DNA of 64,000 nucleotides, taken from Haplodiscus bocki. Its lineage: Eukaryota. Below, in pieces: positions 53,550-64,000 of the stretch. Made by a program: the position numbers and the translations under genes. The stretch spans positions 6,944,001 to 7,008,000 of the forward strand of contig OZ296649.1 of NCBI GenBank assembly GCA_965655095.1. The letters run 5' to 3'. Below the pieces are notes generated by a model, which was not told where the DNA came from, ran no database searches, and worked only from the letters and a program-made list of their open reading frames with translations. Positions within the stretch are counted from its first letter, which is position 1; each line of letters begins with the position of its first letter.

Positions 53550-55929
53550 TTAGGCTGATGTAGTTTGTGTGGTTTCGACGTGAGGTACCGGAGCTGGAGT
53601 GAAGGTTGTCAGAACCAACGGAGGTGTAGTACGGATGGTTCTGGTTGATGCAGTGACGTCCGGATATAGTTTTTCTTCATCTTCGGCGGAGTAAGAGAAC
53701 GGTGCGTTAGCTTCGGTCTTCAGTAAAGTTTCTTTCGCAAGAGCGCGTAGTGCAGTGAATTCCTCACGAGTCAAAATTAAAAATGAAGAGTCTGAGTCTG
53801 TTTCAATGTCGTTCGTGACATGAATAAATTGGCCAGATTTATTCTTGAAGAAACGACGTGGAGCACAGCAATGTGCACGTGCTTGTCTGTGAAAGAGTGG
53901 AAAGTTAAGTATAAACAAAAATAAAGAAAGTACGATTGATCCGCCTGCGATTAAGAATGAAGTTTTCGCCGGTACAAACTTGTCAAGTGCTGCTTCTGTT
54001 GCAGGATTGAGAGACGTATAACGTGCTACAATTGGTTCAGTCAATTTTTGCAAAGTTTCTGGGTCCATTCGTCTAACGTCTGGAATTTCAGTCAGTTCCA
54101 ATTGTACGCTCTCAAGAATTGATTTCCGGGCGGCACCGATTGAGTAACTTGGAAAGTTAAGTCGATCGAAAGGGACATTCTGAAAAACTTGATTCAAGGG
54201 CGGTGTCAGTTTGATTGTTGCAATGTACGGTTCCGGAGTCGTTTTACATGCATCCATATCGGGTGACAAAGCAAGATCGCCTTGATTAATGTAAAGAGTA
54301 CTTTCACAACTTGGTCGAAGGACGCACGCCTGACAATCGATTGTGGACAAACTGAGTCCATTTGATCGGCTATCGTTCTTAATGTCGATTGTAGGGTGGC
54401 GAGAGATGAGGTGGTAGACGCCGTTTGCCAAGTAGATTGCCTGTGGGGCTTCTGGAAGAAGGACAGAGGAAACGGGGCAGTTTCGGAGTGCTGGTATGTC
54501 TTGATTAAAATACAACGACGTGAGACAGAGAAGCGTTTCATCAGTAGTAGTCGAAAAACCTTTGCGGCACAGTTTGATTCGATTACTGCCCGTGCATTGT
54601 TGTAGCGTAGACGCGGCTAACTCTGCAAAATTGGTATTGTCTGTTGCAATCGCGACGTAGGGTTTCGGAAATTGGTAAACTGATGCCGTCTTGCCGTCGT
54701 CGTTGGGTTGCTATAGAGGTTCGGCTTGGAAAACATTGTAGGTTGCGGATTTGGAGTTCATTGGAATGCCGAGAACAAAAGAAATGCCTTTAGGCAACAT
54801 CGTGACTTCTAAGACGATTTGCAATTCATAATAGATGGCTTCGATTCCCGATGTTATAGCAGGCGTTAGTTTGCTACCTTTCCGAAATTCTTCAGCGGCG
54901 AGTTCTTGCACGATTTTGGCGAGCTGTGTTGGAAGCAGGAATTGTGGTGTGATGTGTCCCGTAGCAAGAGATGAGATTATTGAGAAGAAATTGTTTCTAT
55001 ATGCGTAAAATGCTGCACGAAATGCTTTAAAGTGTGTGTACAATGTGCCAATTTGTGACAAATACAGTTGTGAGGACTGAAGAAAGTGACGGTAAGCACT
55101 TTCGAATTGATAACATCGGAACGCATCTTCGAGACTGTATATACGCTCGGGCATATACGAGATACGTAGGTAGGTGTCATTTTTAATTCGTTCAACACTT
55201 TCCTGAGTTAGACGAATTTCGTCTCGAAGTAAGGCAAGTTTTTCGTTGTTCTTATCTTGGACCATCTGAAATGCCTGTTGTTGTGTCTTTTGTTTTTTGG
55301 TCACTTGAGCGAGTTCTCGTTCCAATTCTTCAGTAGTATCACAAAGAATAAAAATGGAGAGTGCTTTGCATGCTACATCTTTAATTGGTTCTACCAGGAT
55401 GAATGCTGTACCCGCGGCGAGGGCTGTGACAGCACCAATGAGCCGTCGTGTTCTATTGTGAGGTTCTTTCTCAGCAGTTGAGCGTCTTTGTCGAGAGGTT
55501 CGCGGGGATGATTCTGGTGGAAAGAAGGATTTTGCAATGGCACTCAGAGTGTTGAGTTCGGATTGTGCTTCACTAATTTCAGTCTTAAGATGGTTGTACA
55601 TGTTTTCCATTTGTTGTAGAACCGGTATATGAGACTCGTTGAACGTATTGTTACCACACCCTGGCTGTGTGACGCGGTGTTGCAAGTGTGAGAGCTTCTC
55701 ATTGCTTTCGAGAACGATAACACGCACGCTGTGAATGTTAACATCTGGGAGCGTCGGGAAAGGAGAGAATAGTCGGACTTGGCTCTCACTTTCGGAAGTC
55801 ACAACTTGGTATTTAAAGATGAAAGCGGCTCCTCGCTCAAATTCCGGTAGCTGTTGTTTATTGACACTCGAATACTGTATGGTGTTCGCAATGCAAAGTA
55901 CTGTCCAGTTGTATAGCAGCGTTGTGATC
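53550..55929 (-). pseudogene. env: env, class-I F-type fusion glycoprotein (copy 1, ~790 codons, one in-frame TAG at 54711)
   Basis: Signal-like ITTLLYNWTVLCIA; furin sites RQRR and RTRR; fusion peptide LIGAVTALAAGTAFIL; heptad-like helix; Cys-rich region; TM SFLIAGGSIVLSLFLFILNF; cytoplasmic tail. Confidence 0.85.
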
Positions 55930-55946
55930 CTGAAAGGAGACTTGCG

Positions 55947-58900
55947 TTATTTCTGATGATGAGTTTTGCGTTTTCCTGCAGGAGTTTTACTAAATTTCGT
56001 TCCTGACTGTTTTTGTGGTTTTCGCTCTGGAGAGTTATAACTTGTAACTATATCAGGAAGATACGACGTCAAAAGCGGTTGTGCTTTTCTTTGTGAGGAC
56101 GTGTTAGGTCGTAATTGCATGTTAGACGTGTTTGCAGGAGGTGTTCTCCTAAGACTTCTAGCTGCGGCCTCCACAATTTCCGTGACGTTGTCACCTGGTG
56201 ATTGTCTTTCGTGGCGAAAGTCATTCTCTGGAAAAAGAGGTTGTATCTCGATTTGAGGAGTAGTCGGTGATTGTATTTCAACGTCATTTCTTGAGTGTGG
56301 ACTAGGTTGTTCTAGTGTTGGTGATGGCAATAACACAGGAGGTGATCTCGTTACTTCACGTCTCGTCGGTGCAGACGAAATAAGCGGCGTAATTCTACTT
56401 GGTGCAATTGATGCAGTTGTTCGTCCTACGGTAGGTATTGGTGTGAAAATGCTAGAAGGTGCTGGTAGAAAACTAAGACAATCATCGTGATTAAGTGTTC
56501 CATCTATATGTTTGCGTGCGTCTGTTATGTTTTGAGTTGACTGAAAAATTCTTGGTCTATTTCTCGTAGGTATATTGGACGTTGGCGGAGGTTCGAAAAA
56601 TGGTTTTAGTCTCTCGTAATGTACAACTTGTTGTTTTGCAGAGTTTTCTTTTTTAATTCTCAATGTGACATCGTTCAAACATTTTTCAATGATATATGGT
56701 CCCTTCCACGGGCTTGAGAATTTAGAAGTCGTTCCTACAGCAATGACTGGATGGTAAAGTAAAACGTTTTGTCCTTCTTTGTATATTGGGCCGTGAACCT
56801 TTTTATTATAGATAGCATTTCGGCGTTTCTGTTTTTCGTTTAAGTTGCGTCGGACTAACTAAAAAGCTCGTTGGAATGCTTGTTGTTTATTGTGCACAAA
56901 TTCGTGAATGTCTGTAGTTACATTTTCTTGTGGGTTAGGATACATGCAATCTAAAGGTAAACTCAATTCTTGTCCAAAAACTAGGAACTGCGGTGTGTAT
57001 CCTGTTGATTCATGTACCGAAGATCGATACGCCATCATTACGTAAGGCAATTGTTGTGACCAGTTGCTTTGTTCTTCATTTACGCATTTTGCTAACATGT
57101 TTTATAGAGTTTTATTCATTCTTTCAATCACTACATTTGACTGAGGATGAAAAGGTGTTGTTCGAGTTTTGTCCATTTCGAGAAGTTGCAATAATTGTTC
57201 AAAAAGTTTTGACTCGAAGTTTCGTCCCGGATCACTATGAAGGCTGTGTGGACAACCAAAGCGACTGATCCAATGATCAACTAAAGCGTTTGCAGTTGTG
57301 ACAGCTGTTTGATCTGGTAATGGTATTGCTTCGTACCATTTTGTGAAATGATCGCCAATTACTAGTATGTGTTTATTTCCATTTGACATTGGCAAAGGTC
57401 CCATGAAATCAATTCCAATGTGATGAAAAGGATAACTGGCTTGCCATTCTATCAATGAATGATGATATTTCTTAGGTGGTCCCGAACGTTTTTGACATTC
57501 CGGGCATCGACTGACAAACAATTTTGTGTCTTCCTGCAGTCCTGGCCAGTAGAATCTTTGTTTTATTTTCTCTGAGGTTTTAGCAACTCCTAAGTGTCCG
57601 GCTGTTGGTGATGAATGACATGCTGATAGAATTTCTTGCGTCATTGATGGTGGTACTATTTGTTGTAATACCACTTGGTTATCTGCAGTTTCGAATTTTC
57701 TGCACAAAATTCCATCGAGGAGTTGTAGACTTTTCAATTGATTGTTGAGTTGCCATGCTAGCCTAGGGAGTCCTTGTAATTCTTGTGATGTGGGCACTTC
57801 TCCTTTTTCGATCCATTCAATCAGTTTAGACAATGCCTCATCTTGTCGTTGTGCTTGACCTAGCGCAGAGCGTACCGGTGTCTCAGTCAGTTTCTGTGAT
57901 TGTTCGTTTTTGTGTTGATCGTAGACTGTGATAGTTAAGTTCGACTGTGCACAAATTTCTCTGATAAGGCGTTCAACTTTATGCCATTCTAACCGATCAA
58001 GTCCACAACCGGCTTTTGGCATACTAATTTCAGTGACTTTATGTTTATTTGCGTGCTTTGTCATTGCTTCTAGTGATTGTCTCAAACTATCGTACATTGG
58101 TTTTTGGAAAAAGAGTTTCTTCGTAACTAAGTGGTAGATGAAACTATCATCTACTTGTTGAACAAAAAGCGGAGAGTTGGTACTTTCAGGAAAATTGTAT
58201 GGAAACTTGCGGTTGAAACTTCGGGCAATTCCCGCGGACATTCTGAAGTCTGATGATATGCAGTGTGCTAGTGAGTCTTTTGATTCAAAAAGATTACCAT
58301 TTTTATGAATGAGTTCAAAAAATTTTGTTTTCGCTGGTTCATCTGGTTTTTCTGTGCTCGAAGAAGTAGTTACTTGGTTAACAATTGGTATTCGTGAAAG
58401 TTCGTCGGCGTGACCAATACTTTTTCCTGGCCTATGTTGCACCTCATAATCAAATGCTGCTAACTTTTCGAGCCATCTTGCTGTTAATCCGTCTGGATCT
58501 TTAAAGTTATGTAACCACTGCAGTGCACGATGATCAGTAACAATTTTGAATTTCCTTCCGAGAAGGTAATGTTTAAAATGTCGAGTGAAAGTTACAATGG
58601 CTAAGAGTTCTCGTTTCGTTGCAGAATAATTTGTTTGAGACTTTGAAAATGCCTTAGTTGCGTAGCAAATAGCTCGCTGTTTTCCGTCCTGCACTTGGGA
58701 TAGTACTGCTCCCATTGCTGTTAAACTTGCCTCAGTGTACAAAATAAATGGTTCTTTCACGTCCGGGAAGGCTAGGATTGGTGTAGAAGACAAATGTTTC
58801 TTTAAACTTTCAAATGCTTCGTGCGTTTCTTCTGTCCAAGTAAAGGAGCTTTTAGTTTCACTAGCTTTATGCAATGGTCGAGCTCTCATAGCAAAGTTTT

Positions 58901-59747
58901 TAATATACCGTCTGTAATATGAACAAAGTCCCAAAAACGACTTGACATCTGTTTGATTTTGTGGTACCGGAAAGTTTTGAACTGCTTCAACTTTTTCTGG
59001 ATCGGCTTCCAATCCATTTTTGCTGATTACGTGTCCTAAGAACTGAACTTTTGTTTGGAAAAAGGCGCATTTTGTCGGACTGATTTTTAGATTCGCCTCG
59101 CGAAATCTTTGGAAAACTTGTTGCAGTCTTTTAATATGCTCCTCTGGTGTTTTCGAAAAGATGATACAGTCATCTAAATAGGGTACTGTAATGTTCCACG
59201 TGAGTCCAACAAGCACGTGTTCCATTAGACTTTGAAATGTGTTCGGACTGCCCGTTAGTCCCATTGGCATGCGTAGCGATTTAAATGATCCGAAAGGAGT
59301 ACTAAACGCTGTATAGTTTTGGCTTTGGGGTTCCATTGGTAATTGGTAAAATCCCCATGACATGTCTATTGTTGTGAAGTAAGCACTTCCTTGAAGTGTA
59401 TCAAAAATTTCTTCAATTGACGGTATCGGCCAACAAGACTTAATTGTTTGTTCATTTAGTTTTCTGTAGTCTATTACTAATCGCAGTTTTCCATTCTTCT
59501 TCGGAACTAGCATTGCTGGTGCACTATAAGGGCTATGACATGGTGTGATCAATTCTTTGTTCATGAAAGCATCTATTTTCTCTTTCGAATCATCTTTGTA
59601 ATGCACTGGCATTCTTCTATTCGGTAATTTTATTGGTTGTGAGCCTGGCTTCACATCTATTCTATGACTAGTTGCATCGCACTTTCAGAGGTCCCAATGA
59701 TTGATTGAGAAGATATCACTATAGTCATCTATTAAGTTTCTAAAATC
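55947..59747 (-). pseudogene. pol: pol (copy 1): RT - RNase H - macrodomain - integrase - GPY/F - Pro/Ser/Thr tail; one frame with in-frame stops
   Basis: SPYSAP, LRLVIDYRKLN, MPMGL, YLDD; RNase H LYTEAS/ELLAI/TDH/HADELSR; HHCC (H..GHLG..CPEC), IDFMGP, SDPG, IERMNKTL; WKGPY. Stops at 57102-57104, 56859-56861 and one just upstream of RT. Confidence 0.95.
57921..58322 (-). other. TARG1/OARD1-class macrodomain embedded in pol
   Basis: GNLF..DSLAHCISSDFRMSAGIA..F; IYHLVTKK; KP.YDSLRQSLEAM; ISMPKAGCGLDRLEW; ITVY, matching the recalled human OARD1 motifs throughout. Confidence 0.92.
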
Positions 59748-61801
59748 TGCCTGTCTGTGAAAGAGTGGAAAGTTAAGTGAAAACAAAAATACAGAAAGTA
59801 AAATTTGATCCGCCTGCGATTAAGAATGAAGTTTTCGCCGGTACAAACTTGTCAAGTGCTGCTTCTGTTGCAGGATTGAGAGACGTATAATGTGCTACAA
59901 TTGGTTCAGTCAATTTTTGCAAAGTTTCTGGGTTCATTCGTCTAACGTCTGGAATTTCAGTCAGTTCCAATTGTACGCTCTCAAGAATTGATTTCCGGGC
60001 GGCACCGATTGAGTAACTTGGAAAGTTAAGTGGATCGAAAGGGACATTCTGAAAAACTTGATTCAAGGGCGGTGCCAGTTTGATTGTCGCAATGTACGGT
60101 TCCGGAGTCGTTTTACATGCATCCATATCGGGTGACAAAACAAGATCGCCTTGATTAATGTAAAGAGTACTTTCACAACTTGGTCGAAGGACGCACGCCT
60201 GTCAATCGATTGTAGACAAACTGAGTCCATTTGATCGGCTATCGTTCTTGATGTCGATTGTAGGGTGGCGAGAGATGAGGTGATAGACGCCGTTTGCCAA
60301 GTAGATTGCCTGTGGGGCTTCTGGAAGAAGGACAGAGGAAACGGGGCAGTTTCGGAGTGCTGGTATGTCTTGATTAAAATACAACGACGTGAGACAGAGA
60401 AGCGTTTCATCAATAGTAGTCGAAAAATCTTTGCGGCACAGTTTGATTCGATTACTGCCCGCGCATTGTTGTAGCGTAGACGCGGCTAACTCTGCAAAAT
60501 TGGTATTGTCTGTTGCAATCGTGACGTAGGGTTTCGGAAATTGGTAAACTGATGCCGTCTTGCTGTCGTCGTTGGGTTGGTCGTTGGGAGGTTCGGCTTT
60601 GAAAACATTGTAGGTTGCGGATTTGGAGTTCATTGGAATGCCGAGAACAAAAGAAATGCCTTTAGGCAACATCGTGACTTCTCAGACGATTTGCAATTCA
60701 TAATAGATGGCTTCGAATCCCGATGGTATAGCAGGCGTTAGTTTGCTACCTTTCCGAACTTCTTCAGCGGCGAGTTCTTGCACGATTTTGGCGAGCTGTG
60801 TTGGAAGCAGGAATTGTGGTGTGATGTGTCCCGTAGCAAGAGATGAGATTATTGAGAAGAAATTGTTTCTATATGCGTAAAATGCTGCACGAAATGCTTT
60901 AAAGTGTGTGTACAATGTGCCAATTTGTGACAAATACAGTTGTGAGGCCTGAAGAGGGTGATGGTAAGCACTTTCGAATTGATAACATCGAAACGCATCT
61001 TCGAGACTGTATATACGCTCGAGCATATACGAGATACGTAGGTAGGTGTCGTTTTTAATTCGTTCAACACTTTCCTGAGTTAGACGAATTTCGTCTCGAA
61101 GTAAGGCAAGTTTTTCGTTGTTCTTATTTTGGACCATCTGAAATGCCTGTTGTTGTGTCTTTTGTTTTTTGGTCACTTGAGCGAGTTCTCGTTCCAATTC
61201 TTCAGTAGAATCACAAAGATTAAAAATGGAGAGTGCATTGCATGCTACATCTTTAATTGGTTCTCCCAGGATGAATCCTGTACCTGCGGCGAGGGCTGCG
61301 ACAGCACCAATGAGCCGTCGTGTTCTATTGTGAGGTTCTTCCTCAGCAGTTGAGCGTCTTTGTCGAGAGGTTCGTGGGGATGATGCTGGTGGAAAGAAGG
61401 ATTTTGCAATGGCACTCAGAGTGTTGAGTTCGGATTGTGCTTCACTAATTTCAGTCTTAAGATGGTTGTACATGTTTTCCATTTGTTGTAGAACCGGTAT
61501 ATGAGACTCGTTGAACGTATTGTTACCACACCCTGGCTGTGTGACGCGGTGTTGCAAGTGTGAGAGCTTCTCATTGCTTTCGAGAACGATAACACGCACG
61601 CTGTGAATGTTAACATCTGGGAGCGTCGGGAAAGGAGAGAATAGTCGGACTTGGCTCTCACTTTCGGAAGTCACAACTTGGTATTTAAAGATGAAAGCGG
61701 CTCCTCGCTCAAATTCCGGTAGCTATTGTTTATTGACACTCGAATACTGTATGGTGTTCGCAATGCAAAGTACTGTCCAGTTGTATAGCAGCGTTGTGAT
61801 C
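59748..61801 (-). pseudogene. env: env (copy 2), stops and frameshifts, truncated just after TM by the duplication junction
   Basis: Near-identical to copy 1 at offset ~5872; track ORFs 60682..61674, 60202..60672, 59773..60138. Confidence 0.88.
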
Positions 61802-61818
61802 CTGAAAGGAGACTTGCG

Positions 61819-64000
61819 TTATTTCTGATGATGAGTTTTGCGTTTTCCTGCAGGAGTTTTACTAAATTTCGTTCCTGACTGTTTTTGTGGTTTTCGCTCT
61901 GGAGAGTTATAACTTGTAACTATATCAGGAAGATACGACGTCAAAAGCGGTTGTGCTTTTCTTTGTGAGGACGTGTTAGGTCGTAATTGCATGTTAGACG
62001 TGTTTGCAGGAGGTGTTCTCCTAAGACTTCTAGCTGCGGCCTCCACAATTTCCGTGACGTTGTCACCTGGTGATTGTCTTTCGTGGCGAAAGTCATTCTC
62101 TGGAAAAAGAGGTTGTATCCCGATTTGAGGAGTAGTCGGTGATTGTATTACAACGTCGTTTCTTGTATGTGGGCTAGGTTGTTCTAGTGTTAGTGATGGC
62201 GAGAAGACAGGAGGTTATCTCGTGACTTCACGTCTTGTCGGTACGGACGAAATAAGCGGCGTAATTCTACTTGGTGTAATTGATGCAGTTGTTCGTCCTA
62301 AGGTAGGTATTGGTGTGAAAATGCTAGAAGGTGCTGGTAGAAAACTAAGACAATCATCGTGATTAAGTGTTCCATCTATATTTTTGCGTGCGTCTGTTAT
62401 GTTTTGAGTTGACTGAAAACTTCTTGGTTTATTTCTCGTGGGTACATTGGACGTTGGCGGAGGTTCGAAAAATGGTTTTAGTCTCTCGTAATGTACAACT
62501 TGTTGTTTTGCAGAGTTTTCTTTTTTAATTCTCAATGTGACATCGTTCAAACATTTTTCAATGATATATGGTCCCTTCCACGGGCTTGAGAATTTAGAAG
62601 TCGTTCCTACAGCAATGACTGGATGGTAAAGTAAAACGTTTTGTCCTTCTTTGTATATTGGGCCGTGAACCTTTTTATTATAGATAGCATTTCGGCGTTT
62701 CTGTTTTTCGTTTAAGTTGCGTCGGACTAACTAAAAAGCTCGTTGGAATGCTTGTTGTTTATTGTGCACAAATTCGTGAATGTCTGTAGTTACATTTTCT
62801 TGTGGGTTAGGATACATGCAATCTAAAGGTAAACTCAATTCTTGTCCAAAAACTAGGAACTGCGGTGTGTATCCTGTTGATTCATGTACCGAAGATCGAT
62901 ACGCCATCATTACGTAAGGCAATTGTTGTGACCAGTTGCTTTGTTCTTCATTTACGCATTTTGCTAACATGTTTTGTAGAGTTTTATTCATTTTTTCAAT
63001 CACTGCATTTGACTGAGGATGAAAAGGTGTTGTTCGAGTTTTGTCCATTTCGAGAAGTTGCAATAATTGTTCAAAAAGTTTTGACTCGAAGTTTCGTCCC
63101 TGATCACTATGAAGGCTGTGTGGACAACCAAAGCGACTGATCCAATGATCAACTAAAGCGTTTGCAGTTGTGACAGCTGTTTGATCTGGTAATGGTATTG
63201 CTTCGTACCATTTTGTGAAATGATCGCCAATTACTAGTATGTGTTTATTTCCATTTGACATTGGCAAAGGTCCCATGAAATCAATTCCAATGTGATGAAA
63301 AGGATAACTGGCTTGCCATTCTATCAATGAATGATGATATTTCTTAGGTGGTCCCGAACGTTTTTGACATTCCGGGCATCGACTGACAAACAATTTTGTG
63401 TCTTCCTGCAGTCCTGGCCAGTAGAATCTTTGTTTTATTTTCTCTGAGGTTTTAGCAACTCCTAAGTGTCCGGCTGTTGGTGATGAATGACATGCTGATA
63501 GAATTTCTTGCGTCATTGATGGTGGTACTATTTGTTGTAATACCACTTGGTTATCTGCAGTTTCGAATTTTCTGCACAAAATTCCATCGAGGAGTTGTAG
63601 ACTTTTCAATTGATTGTTGAGTTGCCATGCTAGCCTAGGGAGTCCTTGTAATTCTTGTGATGTGGGCACTTTTCCTTTTTCGATCCATTCAATCAGTTTA
63701 GACAGTGCCTCATCTTGTCGTTGTGCTTGACCTAGCGCAGAGCGTACCGGTGTCTCAGTCAGTTTCTGTGATTGTTCGTCTTTGTGTTGATCATAGACTG
63801 TGATAGTTAAGTTCGACTGTGCACAAGTTTCTCTGATAAGGCGTTCAACTTTATGCCATTCTAACCGATCAAGTCCACAACCGGCTTTTGGCATACTAAT
63901 TTCAGTGACTTTATGTTTATTTGCGTGCTTTGTCATTGCTTCTAGTGATTGTCGCAAACTATCGTACAATGGTTTTTGGAAAAAGCGTTACTTCGTAACT
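61819..64000 (-). pseudogene. pol: pol (copy 2, partial): macrodomain C-half - integrase - GPY/F - tail
   Basis: ORF 62731..63969 with IDFMGP, SDQG, IEKMNKTL; stops at 63988-63990, 62731-62733 and 62215-62217. Confidence 0.93.

Larger units (their letters stand above)
49606..64000 (-). mobile_element. Env-bearing Gypsy/Ty3 (Metaviridae, errantivirus-like) LTR retroelement with accessory ORFs; internal tandem duplication; 5' end outside window
   Basis: RT-RH-IN order, F-like env, PPT and LTR-like 3' terminus all on the - strand. Confidence 0.92.

Overview
Eukaryotic (probably invertebrate animal) AT-rich, repeat-dominated window; the host cannot be named from sequence alone. Three main structures. 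(1) 3339-26508 (-): a 5'-truncated non-LTR retrotransposon (LINE, tentatively RTE-X-like) with an (ATTC)n tail and a candidate 9-bp target-site duplication. The last ~1.065 kb of its ORF2 is amplified into a 21-unit, 22.4-kb tandem array with subfamilies and a higher-order trimer. (2) 29946-31567: a non-autonomous Helentron-type element (HINE/DINE-1-like) carrying seven tandem tRNA-Ile(AAT)-derived units that all read AAA at the anticodon. (3) 49606-64000 (-): an env-bearing Gypsy/Metaviridae element, 5' part beyond the window, with an internal 5.87-kb tandem duplication. Its pol has a TARG1/OARD1-class macrodomain between RNase H and integrase, and its env is a class-I F-type fusion protein with two furin sites. 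Between env and the PPT/3' LTR lie four accessory reading frames, including three RING-like zinc fingers missed by the ORF track; most of these frames start behind same-phase candidate splice acceptors. This complex-retrovirus-like cassette (de-ADP-ribosylase plus putative E3 ligases) is the best candidate for an undescribed system. All copies here carry stops or frameshifts. The rest is MITE-like repeats, an old 171-bp repeat, unidentified decayed ORFs, a possible two-exon gene fragment and a 167-N gap.
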